From: Phyllosticta citribraziliensis
Lineage: Eukaryota
Direction of reading: 5' to 3'
Assembly (NCBI RefSeq): GCF_038025025.1
Contig: NW_027117341.1
Coordinates: 1,426,001 to 1,490,000, forward strand
DNA: 64,000 nt
Shown here in pieces: positions 13,215 to 23,951 of this stretch (its first letter is position 1; the number at the start of each line of letters is the position of its first letter). The notes below the pieces were generated by a model. It was not told the DNA's origin and ran no database searches. It worked only from the letters and a program-made list of their open reading frames with translations. The position numbers and the translations under genes were made by a program.

Positions 13215-14230
13215 CTAAGTAGATTTCTTCGCAAATTCGACGCGCAGGATGAGGTGACCAAAACCGTCTGCGCATAGTTAGCACCGACGAATCAAGTTTC
13301 CTGGCCTTCCAGATCAACTTACAGCCATCCACCTTCTCGCATGCCGTCTTGGCGTCGTCCCTGTCGGCGAAGCTGACAAAGGCAAAGCCCTTTGCGCGTC
13401 CGGTCTCGCGGTCCTTGGCAAGGAAAACTCTGGTGACGTGACCAAACCTCGAGAAAATGTCCCGCAGGTCTTGCTCTTCGGTGAACTCGCTGACCTGTAT
13501 GCTCCGTCAACACCTCATCTCCCATAGGATATCTCGTTGTACGTACGTTGGTGACGCGCAGAGTCGCGAGGTCGTCCCGCTCGTACTTGCCGCCCATCTT
13601 CTCGCCGGCGGCTGCAGCACCGCCGCGGTTGCGGAGGTGCGGCGGCACGTAGCTGGATGAACCCGCGCCCAAACCACCAGCAGCGTCCACTTCGTCGAGG
13701 TCAGGGTGGCCAGCGCCAGTCTCGCCCTCGGGAGCCATGGTGTCCTTGAAGGGACACTTGGTGGTCCAATGGTCTCCGCTGCAAATACGACACTTGATTT
13801 TGGCGTTCTTGAGTTCGGCCTTCTTCTTCTCGGTCTCATTCTTCTCATCGGCGGCCGATGCCTTCCAGTTGGCCTGGGGCCGGAAAACAATGTTTTCAGC
13901 AACGCTGGTCGTGTCGGTCGACGGGCCGGCAGGCTTCGCAGCGTCCTGACCGAATTTTGTCCATTGCTTGCGCTCGGCGACGCGTGGGTTTACGACCTGC
14001 TTGACGACCGACTTCTTGATGCGCCGGGTAGTCTTGACCTTCTTGCCATCTTCGCGGAACGACCAGGAAACAATGGTCTCGGTGCCGTCCTTGTTCTTGG
14101 TAACTTGGGGCGCGGGAAGCGAGAGGCTGTCCTCGTCCTCCTCTTCGGCCCAGTCGGTGCGTCTGCGCGCCTGGTCAGCGTCAAAATTTCAAGGGCCCGA
14201 CATGAAGCCTCACCCTGCGACTTTGGACAT
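13215..14230 (-). CDS. TIF35: Translation initiation factor eIF3 subunit g
   Basis: Introns 14163-14213, 13495-13546 and 13268-13322. N-terminal DWAEE, Zn knuckle [14 protein letters not shown], and a C-terminal RRM ending [16 protein letters not shown]. Confidence 0.95.
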
Positions 14231-14901
14231 GGCGGCAACGTTGGTGGTGATGTAGGCGGTGGTTGGCGAGATTTCGTTGTGTGGGGTACGGCGGCGAACT
14301 TTCGAGTGCCACCAGATCCGCGAGCGCGTTCGGCGCCAAGCCCAGCCTGCCTCAGCTAACACAACCACCCTGCCACCTTTCTTTCAACCACGAAACCAGC
14401 CCTCATGCACCCACCAGCGACTCGCGCCGCCGCAAGCCGCGCATGACATCCTTCAAAGCTTGTCGACAGCTTCTGTCTAAAGCATGCCATGGCACAGGAA
14501 CCAGGGAGTTCCCTTCCCGCCCCACACGTGAAGCAATTCTACAAGGACAACTTACCAATGATTACATGATCATCAGTCACAGCGCGAATACGGTGGTTTG
14601 TATAGCGTCATGTGCGCCGTGAGAACGTCGTGGATGGTGCTCGCAAAGCTCAACACCACTCGGTTTACCCAAAAGCCGAGAGAATTGTAAGCAACCAGCC
14701 GCTCTCGGGCCCCGGACGCTAGCGCAGACGCCGAGCATCACAAAGCCACACCAGCCGTGGCTGTCTCAGCTACCCCGAAGCAGCCACATAAAAGCACGAC
14801 TCTTTCACCATGCAGTCAGTCAATCAGACAGTCAAGCAATTTCCTCGCTTAGCTCTTCAAGAACTCGTTCAATCACTCTCATCTTCAATCCACCTACAAC
14901 A

Positions 14902-15819
14902 ATGACCAAGTCCATCCTCATCACCGGAGCCACTGGCAAGCAGGGCGGAGCCACTCTCAAAGCCCTCCTCCAGTCCAATGGCGACTTTCAACTCATCGCC
15001 GTCACTCGCGATGCCAACTCGGCGTCTGCTCAGAAGCTTCTCGGCCTTTCCAACAACGTCAAAGTTGTCCAAGGCAACCTCAACAACTCAACTCAACTCT
15101 TGTTGGATGCTCAGAAGACTGCCGGGCAACCTATCTGGGGCGTCTTCAGTGTCCAAGTTCCCCTGGGCCCCGGCCAGTCGGTCGAAATCGAAGAAAAGCA
15201 AGGAAAGGCACTGGTCGACGCCGCCCTTGCTGCTGATGTGAAGCACTTTGTCTACACGTCCGTCGACCGCGGCGTCAATGGCGAGAACGACCCAACCCAC
15301 ATCCCGCATTTCATCAGCAAGTTCAACATTGAAAAGCATCTGGCTTCCAAGACCAACGGCAGCGACATGACCTGGACCGTCCTTCAGCCCGTGGCCTTTT
15401 TGGACAACTTCGGGCCCGCTGGCTCCCCGTTTGCTTCTGCCTTCCCGACCATGTGGAAGGTGACCTGCGGAGGGGACACGAAGTTGCAGTTCATCGCTGC
15501 CACTGACATTGGCCGCATGGCAGCCAAGGCCCTTGTCGAGCCCGAAAAGTACGCTGGCAAGAAGCTTGGCCTGGCCGGCGATGAGTTGACCCTGAACGAG
15601 GCGCGGTCCATCTTCAAGGACACGGTGGGACAAGATCTGCCCGAGGCGCCTGATGCCATGGCCCAGGGCATTTTGAGCCAGAACGACGACATGCACAAAA
15701 TGTACCTTTGGTTCAAAAACATTGGTTACGCTGTTGACATTTCCAAGGTCAAGCAAGAGCTCGGACAAGTCATTGACTACAAGGCCTGGCTCCAGCAGGA
15801 GAGTGGTTACTTGATGTAA
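14902..15819 (+). CDS. NmrA-like NAD(P)-binding protein
   Basis: Intronless 305 aa. Motifs ILITGATGKQGG, KHFVYTSVDRG, PHFISKFNIEKHL and PVAFLDNF. TATA-like ATAAAA near 14788. Confidence 0.9.
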   Translation: MTKSILITGATGKQGGATLKALLQSNGDFQLIAVTRDANSASAQKLLGLSNNVKVVQGNLNNSTQLLLDAQKTAGQPIWGVFSVQVPLGPGQSVEIEEKQGKALVDAALAADVKHFVYTSVDRGVNGENDPTHIPHFISKFNIEKHLASKTNGSDMTWTVLQPVAFLDNFGPAGSPFASAFPTMWKVTCGGDTKLQFIAATDIGRMAAKALVEPEKYAGKKLGLAGDELTLNEARSIFKDTVGQDLPEAPDAMAQGILSQNDDMHKMYLWFKNIGYAVDISKVKQELGQVIDYKAWLQQESGYLM

Positions 15820-16480
15820 GAGGCAGGATTGATGGAATCCAAGATAGTTTTAAATGAGTCACAATGAATCTCTTGCTTGCCAACATAATTGATCTAAACT
15901 CATTCAACCAACTTTGAATGGCTTGTGTTGTGCGACTTTTGAATGGAGTTGTTTGCGGCAACCAAGTTGGAACACGTCAAAAGCATGGCAGCCAATCAAG
16001 GTGTAGACGTCATGCGCTAGGAGTGACCTTGATAAGCCATCTCGGCCCGCTTCCAACAGCTGTAAACAGTAAGGCCCAGCCGGGATTCCGCCTATCGCTC
16101 CACCATGTCGTCTTGCGGCTTTGCATCATGTGCCCGATCCGCCGCTGTTGTCGTGATTCCAACCTCCCATCACAAACTCATCCACCAGGGCGTCACGCAC
16201 GGCCAGACAACGGTATTCAAAAGAGCTAGGGAGCAGGCTGTCCTGCAGGTCGATTGTCCCGGCACTTCCATCTCAAATTATCCTTCCGCTGTTCCCAGCT
16301 CAACACCGCTCTTTGGATATACGTCAACAAGCGCGGAACTGGCCGTCACCGCCGTGCATTAGCCACCAAAGGACTGGCGCACCACCCGGGACCGTCTAGT
16401 AGCGGAACGGTCTGTCACAGTCAAACCAGCCCCAGGAAAGGAAGAAAAAATCGTTGCACGTACTAGGCACGCCCGCCATC

Positions 16481-18358
16481 ATGGTGACCCAAACGCAAAA
16501 TGGCGGCGGGAGCCTCGACGAGCGGACGCCGCTCCTCGCGGGCGACGACGACCAGCCAAACGACGCGGCCAAACCACCACACCAGCACGGCGCTTTGAAG
16601 ATGGAAATCGCCCATTTTTCGCCAGACGATCCAGAGGACCCGCGCAATTGGCCACGATGGAAGAAGTGGCTCATGATTGGCCCAATCCTGCTGATTGATC
16701 TTTCCGTCAGTTGGGCTGCCTCTGGCTATTCTCCTGCCAGTCACAAGTTCGCCGAAGACATGGGCGTCTCGACCGAGGTTGCGACGTTGGGGCTCAGTTT
16801 GTATGTTTTGGGGCTGGCGTTTGGTCCGATGAGCTTGTAAGTACCACGTCCCTTGATTTGTTGCATCGTGCTCACAAGTTTGATAGAGCTCCCCTTTCAG
16901 AGGTATTTGCTTGCCCGAGCGTGTGGAATTTTCCGAAACTCATTCTTGCCAGTACTTTGGTAGACGGCCCATTTACATTTACAGCTATGGCATTTTCCTC
17001 CTCTTTCTCATGGCCACGGCCCTCGCTCCAAGCGTTGGCGTATTCCTCGTCTTCCGCATCATCTCAGGCTACTTTGCTTCTGTGACAATCGGTATAGTCC
17101 TCCAAACGCACACCACAGCGATTGTTGAAAGAAATGGCAGCTCCCTGGTCATGTCCAGCTGTATTTTGGTGCCAGGGGTTGCCATCCATTCAACACTCGC
17201 TGTACCCCAACTGCACCTTCTAACACCACCTCCAGCCAATTTCGGCGGCACAATCGCCGACCTATACCACGCCCACGACACCGGCCCAGCCATGTCGCTC
17301 TTCCTCTGGGCCGCAACCTGCGGCTCGCCCTCGGGCTTCTTCCTGCTATCCTTTGTCGCGCAGACGCACGGCTGGCGCACCGTCTTCTGGGCGCTGCTGG
17401 GCATGAACGGCAGCCTGTGGGCCATCATGAGCATTACCCTGATCATCTGCGGCGAAACCCGCCACAGCATCCTCCTCGCGCAGCGCGTGGAGCGCGAGCA
17501 CGCGCAGGGCAACACGTCCATCGAGCTGCCGCACGAGATGCAGAAGCGCGGGCCGCGCGAGCTGTTCGGCGTTGCACTGACGCGCCCGTTCCGCTTCCTC
17601 TGCACCGAGCTCGTCATTCAGTTCGCCGCCCTGTACAACGGCTACCTGTACGGTCTGAGCTTCCTGTTCAACACGGCGTTCGGGCTCGTCTTTGGAGTCG
17701 GCCACGGCTTCGACACCATTGGCGTCGGCTTGTGTTTTCTGGGCATCGCGACGGGCATCTCGATTGGCCCCGTGACGAACATCTGGCAGGAGCGCTACTA
17801 CCAGCGCAAGGTGCATGAGGCCGAGGGCAAGAATGTGCCCGAGGCGAGGGTGCAGATGGGCAAGCTTGCCGCGTGCAGTGAGTTTCATGTCCCCAAACGC
17901 TCCTAAGCCAACTGACCAAGCGTCCCCTCACAGCGTTCCCCCTCTCCCTCCTCCTCTTCGCCTGGACAACCTCCCCCACCCTCCCCGCCATCCTCCCCGT
18001 CCTCTTCTCCGCCCTCTGGGGCTGGTCCTTCTACACCCTCATCCTCATGTCCTTCACCTACACCGAGGACAGCTACAAAACCTACTCTGCGAGCGCCTTG
18101 GCCGGCATCGGCCTGATCCGCAACCTGGCCGGCGCCGCGTTCCCCCTCTTCGCCCGCCAGCTGTTTGTCAGTCTGGGCTACCAGTGGGCCGGCACGGTGC
18201 TGGCGGCGGCCGCGCTGCTGATGGTGCCGATTCCATTCGTGCTCGGCCGGTACGGGTGGAGGTTGAGGAAGGCGAGTCGCTGGGCGAGTGCCCATGTGGA
18301 CGATGATGGGGAGGGCGAGGGCGCGGAGGTGGAGAGTGAGGGCGCGGTTGAGGCGTAG
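16481..18358 (+). CDS. MFS transporter (DHA1 drug:H+ antiporter-like)
   Basis: Introns 16837-16886, 16903-16952, 17092-17235 and 17878-17933 splice in frame. Motifs DDPEDPRNWPRWKKW, APLSEYFGRRPIY, GGTIADLY and ASALA...RNLAGAAFPLF. Confidence 0.92.
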
Positions 18359-18731
18359 AGTGCGGACCGAGCGGTAGTTGGAGAACGCCGTGGCGTTAAG
18401 AACAAGAGCTGTACAGCGCGTCAAAAGCAGTGTCAGCTTCTAGCACTGCGACTGCACCCAGGGAGCTGCCATCTCGTTTGAAACCTACTGCGGCTATGGT
18501 TAAGAGGCAAGAAGACCATTCCATTTGTTTGTCTGCCTTGATGCAAAACTGCACAATATTTTTCTTAGATAGACTGTTCGGACGTACAGGAGTTTTAGCG
18601 TCAAAGACCAATTTTGCGCCGAAGAGCAAAGAAAAGAGGACGATGTTTATTCCAGCGATACATGGATCCCTTAAAATAATTAATTTCCTGTGACTTGCTC
18701 CATGAACATCGGCCGCCAGGACCACATTGTA

Positions 18732-18997
18732 CAGGACTACCTCGACTGCCACTGATGCGGCTGGATCTAAGGAGCATTCGTTCACCACCACATTGCCAGG
18801 GGCAAGGAGCTGTTGCTCGCCATCACCATCACCCCCACTGGCCGCGTCGAAGGAGCATTCATTCATCACGACAAGCTAAGTAAAAGGAGCTATCATTCAC
18901 CACGCCCACCGCTACCACATGCCATGTCCAAGGAGCAGTCATTCACCACCACATGCCACGTTCATGGAACTGTCTCTAGGCCCATAGATTCTGTTCC
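18732..18997 (+). repeat. Degenerate tandem array of ~34-nt units (core AAGGAGCnnTCATTCACCACCACA)
   Basis: AAGGAGC cores start at 18769, 18804, 18850, 18884 and 18930 (spacings 35, 46, 34, 46), with a weak sixth unit near 18964. Confidence 0.8.
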
Positions 18998-19140
18998 AAC
19001 ACGGCCAAGATTCCCGATAGAGCCAGGCTCACCCAGCCCAATTCGAAGAGCCTGAAAGGACCGTGGTGGACGAAGCAGCCTAGCTTGTTCACGAAGCGTG
19101 GGCAGAACTTTATGTTTGTTGCCGGATGCGCCCTTCTTTG

Positions 19141-19312
19141 GAGAACAGGGGAACGGGAGGACAAAGGAGCAGGGGATTAGGAGATTGGGAGATCAGGGGA
19201 GTAGGGGAGTAGGGGAACAGGGGAATAGGCGAGCCGGGGATCAGGGGACCAGTAGGCTAAGATACTAGGAGATAAAGAGACTAGTAGACTAGAATACTAG
19301 GAAGCTAGGAGA
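19141..19312 (+). repeat. Degenerate AGGGGAnn short-period repeat grading into CTAG/TAG-rich sequence
   Basis: aggggagt-aggggagt-aggggaac-aggggaat... followed by ctag-rich decayed units. Confidence 0.7.
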
Positions 19313-19320
19313 CCCTTTAT

Positions 19321-20024
19321 CTTCTCTCTCCTCCTTCTCCTCCTCCTCTTCTTCTCCCTCTTCTTCTTCTTCTTCTTCCTCTTCCTCTTCCTCTTTCTCT
19401 TCCTCTTCCTCTTCCTCTTCCTCTTTCTCTTTCTCTTCCTCTTCCTCTTTCTCTTCCTTTTTCTTTTTCTCTTCCTCTTTCTCTTCTTCTTCCTCTTCCT
19501 CTTTCTCTTTTTTTTTTTTCTTTTTCTTTTTCTTTTCCTCTTTCTCTTTCTCTTTTTTTTTATTTTCTTTTTCCTCTTTCTTTTTCTCTTCCTTTTTCTC
19601 TTTCTCTTTCTTTTCCTCTTCCTTTTCCTTTTTCTTTTCTTCTTTCTTTTCCTTTTCCTCTTCTTTTTTCTTTTTTTCTTTTTTTTTCTTTCTCTTTTTC
19701 TTTCTTTTTCTTTTTCTCTTCCTCTTTCTCTTTCTTTCCTCTTTCTTTTTCTCTTTTTCTTCCTCTTCCTTTTCCTCTTTCTCTTTCTCTTCCTCTTCCT
19801 CTTCCTCTTCCTCTTCCTCTTCCTCTTCCTCTTTCTCTTCCTCTTCCTCTTCCTCTTCCTCTTCCTCTTCCTCTTCCTCTTCCTCTTCCTCTTCCTCTTC
19901 CTCTTCTCCCTATTCTCCCTATTCTCCTTCTTCTCCCTATTCTCCCTGTTCTCCCTCTCCTCCTCCTTCTTCTTCTCCCTCTCCATCTTTTTATGCGCGG
20001 GGGGGTTTTTTTTTTTTTTTTTTT
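19321..20024 (+). repeat. ~670 bp polypyrimidine tract ((CTTCCT)n/(CTCTTT)n) followed by G7 and T19
   Basis: The plus strand is almost purine-free from 19321 to 19992. T19 at 20006-20024. Confidence 0.95.
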
Positions 20025-23000
20025 GCATCATTGCCTTTGCCAGAAAAAGGACGTCAAAGGGCTGCATCGTGCCGATCTGGGTTGGTATGCGATGAGTGAG
20101 GGGTCCATCACCCCCAGCCAGCACGCGGAGCAATATCTTCGCGTCGATACTAGTAGTCCCCCATCCAAGGATCGTCGTCGTCTTTGGATTGTATCCGGCT
20201 TGGAGGATATCACGACGCAACTGTGATATCGTCACGCTCGGCAGTTTTCCGTCGTAAATCCTGTTGAGCGTACCATTCCACCGAGCGGTCAACATTGGAC
20301 ATACCGTGATTGTGGTTTTTGCCGCCTCAATGAGGTCTTCGTCGGACATGTTGTAGTCGATGCTCGGGGCATGTACGATGATGGCCCCGTCTCCCGCATT
20401 TCGGATGGTCATTTGAACGACGATTGGGTAGAATGGGAGGGCGGTAGGGATAAAATCGCAATCAATCAGCCAGCACTGGGTGCTTTCGCTGTGATGGAGC
20501 CTCTTCAAATCTCGAAGGTCTTTTGAGAACTTCGGGGTGAGCCAATCGGAGTTGGTGCTCACGTCGAAGAATTCCGGTGGGGTTACCTTGCGCAGCCACT
20601 CGAGGACTATCTCGGCATGTAAAGAGCAGAATGAAATCCCTGGTTGAAGGCCGATGTGACAACCAAACACGAACGAACATGCATATTGGCGGTCCATGAA
20701 TACATTTGGCCTGGCGTTCCACCATCGTGAGCGCTTCGCCATTAATGCCTCCGCTTCTTCATCGAGTCGCCCTCCAGTGCGTAGCCGTAGATGAGGGTCG
20801 CCAGGTCGACGACTCCGGTACATCGGCGAGCAAAGCTCCCTGCACATTGCGCGTCGTCGAATGCGTACACCTTGGAGTAGCATTCGTTTTTCGGCAAGAA
20901 AAACCCCACTTCGTCTGAGAGTTCAAACTTCTCTTCCACGAGTAGCGGATGCTGGCCGGCCGGTTGGCATGTTGATGTGCTGGCAGGTTTGCTCCAAAGT
21001 CTGCGGCTTATATTCTGCCCTCACGAAGGGAATGTCGATTTTCGAGACATTTGCGAGGCCCAAGAGCGGCACTGGAAAAGCCCACGAGAGCGCCTGTAGT
21101 CTCTCGGCGGGCGAGACGCTGATGACCTCCGTGAGGTATTGTTGCAAGCCTGTGGCAGTGAATGACTGCTCCTTGGACGCAGGCACGTGGTAGTCGGCAT
21201 TAAACTATTCCTCCGCCGAGACGGGTGTCTATTAGTCGTCTCCTGGGTTGCACTTGTCGCAATTGACCTCATCTTCGTAAAGGATTGGGGTCGTGGCCCA
21301 GACGCCCTCTTCTTTGTAGTAGTTGATGTGGCGGCGAGCGATCTCGGCGTTCACATTCTTCTCCATCAAATTGCTGGCGAGTTGCCAGACTCCGTAGGCG
21401 TTGAACGCGCTGATGAGGCTCGTATTGGACAGCTTGTGCAGCTTAGGGAGATTTCCTTTTTCGCTGAGGGGTCTTTCGGCGATCATGGGGTGCTTGCATG
21501 TCGTGGTCGTCGTGGTCGTCGTGGTCGTCGTCTCTGGCAAAGTTAGCATATGAGGCTCGTGATTTTTTTCCTTCGGGGGGTGTCGGAAGCGCCAGTCAAC
21601 CCAAGAAGCGGGTTTTAACAATCATTCCGTCTCCAGACTGTCCATGAAGACAGACATCTCCTCAACGAGCCTCAACGAGGCCAATCTTCATAGGGTAAAT
21701 GGTAATCCTGCTCAAGGCCTCACGTACCTTTTCTTTTGCGGCAGTGGGGACCTGGCCGCGCGCCTCTTGCCATCATGGCGGGTCAAGGATCTTGCCGTCC
21801 AAATTGATAGGGAAGGCATGTGGCAGTGAATAACAGCTCCTGGGCGCAGACCTGTGGTGGTAGACGGCAGTTCCCTGCACGAGGTCTGTAGTGGCGAACG
21901 AAAGCTCCTTGCACGCATTGACAGGGCCGGTGCTGCGGAGCTTCTCTGACTGCTTGGCCTTGCCGCGGGGCTTCTTGATGGCCGATGGTTGTGATGGCTT
22001 GGAGGCCGATCGCTTGTTCTTTTTCTCCGGGGTTGCAGGCGCCAGCTGCTCAGGTTTGTTGAAAACCTTCAGAATCCCTCGGAAGCTTCGTGGTAGAACT
22101 GGTTCACCTGCTTCTCATCCTTGAGGGGCAGCTTGTTGAAAGGTGCCTCGAGGGTGATCTCAACATCCCCCGCCAAGATTTGCTTCTTCATGATGCGAAG
22201 AGTTATGTCTTTGTCCTCGCGAGACTTGTAGATTCGACCCATGGATGTGCCTCGCTCGCCTTCCTCCTTGTCCGCGATGTACCAGAGGACGGTACCGCCC
22301 GCCTTTCCAACACGGATGCGGTTGTCGGGGTCGTAGGAAAACGTGATGCCCGTGTTTTTGTGTTTCATTTGGCAGTGAATAACAGCTCCTGGGCGCAGGC
22401 CTGTGGTGGTAGATGGCAGCTCCCTGCATGAGGTCTGTAATGGGGAACGAAGGCTCCTTGCACGCAGCTGGCATTTGGTGATGAGCGAAAACTCCCTCGA
22501 TCCGCCAAGAGAGTGCTGGCATTGAGGTAGTCCTGGGACGTAGAACGAGGTCGAACTTGTCGAGAGCCATGCAGTCGAAAGCCTTGAAGTCAACTTTCTC
22601 CGGCCAGTGGATTGCCCGTGCCACCTTGGTGATTTCATCTGCCAGCGCCTCAATCATCTAGAACCTGGGACCTTGCGGGCGTGCTGCGTACACCTGAGTC
22701 TCGACTCTCCCAAGGTTCCAGATGTGTTGGTATCGCCTTGGCGTAAAGCCAGGCTGGTCATCAGGACCTTTGCAGGTCAACGGGAAGACATCCGAAGCCG
22801 CAAGAAGATGTGCTCCTTTGAACTTTTCATGGTGCTTGTCGTCGAAGACGGTGTCCTTGTTTTCGCGGGCTGACGTCCGTTTCGTGAGCTTCCATCCCGC
22901 CGACGCGTGCTTCTTGTCGCCGACTTTGACGACATCTTGAGAGCCCCATAGCAACAGATGTAGGGGCAGGATTAATTCTCGCTGATCCGCCGTCTTGATT

Positions 23001-23080
23001 ACGGCCGCGTACTGTTGTGGGACATGAGCAGAGGACACGTCCCGTGTCATGCGGTAGTCGTAGTGTATTCGAACCGGCAC
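20025..23080 (-). pseudogene. Disrupted large gene; C-terminal part resembles a DEDD/RNase H-like 3'-5' exonuclease
   Basis: Collinear protein-like fragments. 22658-23080 and 22160-22657 share a frame and are separated by one TAG. 21232-21621 and 20923-21186 share a frame and are separated by TAA, TAG and TAG. The last fragment has WLIDCDF...TILGWGTTSIDAKIL...PFDVL. Confidence 0.55.
21821..22466 (-). repeat. 97-bp direct duplication (21821-21917 and 22370-22466), each copy made of three 34-nt units
   Basis: 90 of 97 positions identical by manual alignment; 6 of the 7 differences are transitions. Confidence 0.9.
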
Positions 23081-23608
23081 CGCCGATTCGATGTTCAGAA
23101 GATGTCCTCATGGTGTGGGTTAACCTCTGGTGCGTACGGGTCGCTCAAGCAAACTCGGGTAGGTAGGGATAGGGAGCATTCAGGCTCTGCAGAGGAGCGA
23201 GACAAGAAGCATTCAAGCCGTGGCTCACAAATGGGCGCTCGTACGATTCCTTGCAGCGGCACAACGCGCAGGCGTGAACAAACGAGGCAAAGCGAGGTGT
23301 GCGGGCGACGGCGTAAAGCGTCGCGACGTGTTGTCTGTGGTGTGAGAGGCGGAAGTCCTCTCACATCGCCGCGGAACTGACTGCTAATGACAGAGAGAAG
23401 CACGGCTGAGGCCGGGGAGGTGTGGATTGCGGTGTGGTGACGTCAAAGGTGAGCCTTGAGGTCGAGTGGCGGCGGACGGGACGAGAGACTGCAGCCAGCC
23501 GTCTGAGGTCGCGTAGCAGAGGGCGATCGTACGTGACGATCGAACGGGAGGGCCCGTAGCCTGGTAGAATCAAGAACGGCCAAAGGAACGAAAGTTACGG
23601 TAGTTGGT

Positions 23609-23616
<8 letters not shown>

Positions 23617-23650
<34 letters not shown>
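23617..23650 (+). repeat. (GA)n microsatellite
   Basis: Perfect GA run preceded by (GT)n. Confidence 0.95.
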
Positions 23651-23653
<3 letters not shown>

Positions 23654-23951
23654 GCGCGTGACGATGGAGTCCAGTCATCGCCGCGGGAAATCGCGAGCAC
23701 TGCGCACGGGCCTGGTCCTAACCCACCACGGCAGTCACTTGGTTTAAGTATCTGGGGACTAAGGTACTCTCGCTGTATGTCAGTACACACACACAAACAG
23801 AAAAGATGAAGAAAATGAATGAGCAATCAAAGAGCAAAGAAGCAAGAATGCTGCAACCACAAAGCAACATCGTATTTACACCTGCTCTAATGCCTCCTCT
23901 GCAGGCAAAAACAAGCATTCCTCTTCATCTTGAAATGTCTCTTGTGAGAGG

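Larger units (their letters stand above)
18400..23650. mobile_element. Accessory, repeat-derived island (degenerate element; class and boundaries uncertain)
   Basis: Lies between the MFS gene and the secreted-protein gene. Contains stop-riddled coding-like frames, a dispersed 34-nt repeat family, a 97-bp internal duplication, a large CT tract and a terminal (GA)n. No TIR, LTR or TSD identified. Confidence 0.35.

Noticed and set aside
18769..18997. CRISPR-like repeat-spacer array
   Set aside because: The host is eukaryotic, the repeats are degenerate, the inter-core sequence is short and partly homologous, and there are no cas genes. Treated as a minisatellite.
19297..20024. Poly-Lys/Arg protein tail in ORF 19297-20883
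   Set aside because: It is just the translation of the CT satellite, which cannot contain stops on that strand.
21821..22466. Introner-like elements
   Set aside because: No GT...branch...AG boundaries frame the duplicated block on either strand.
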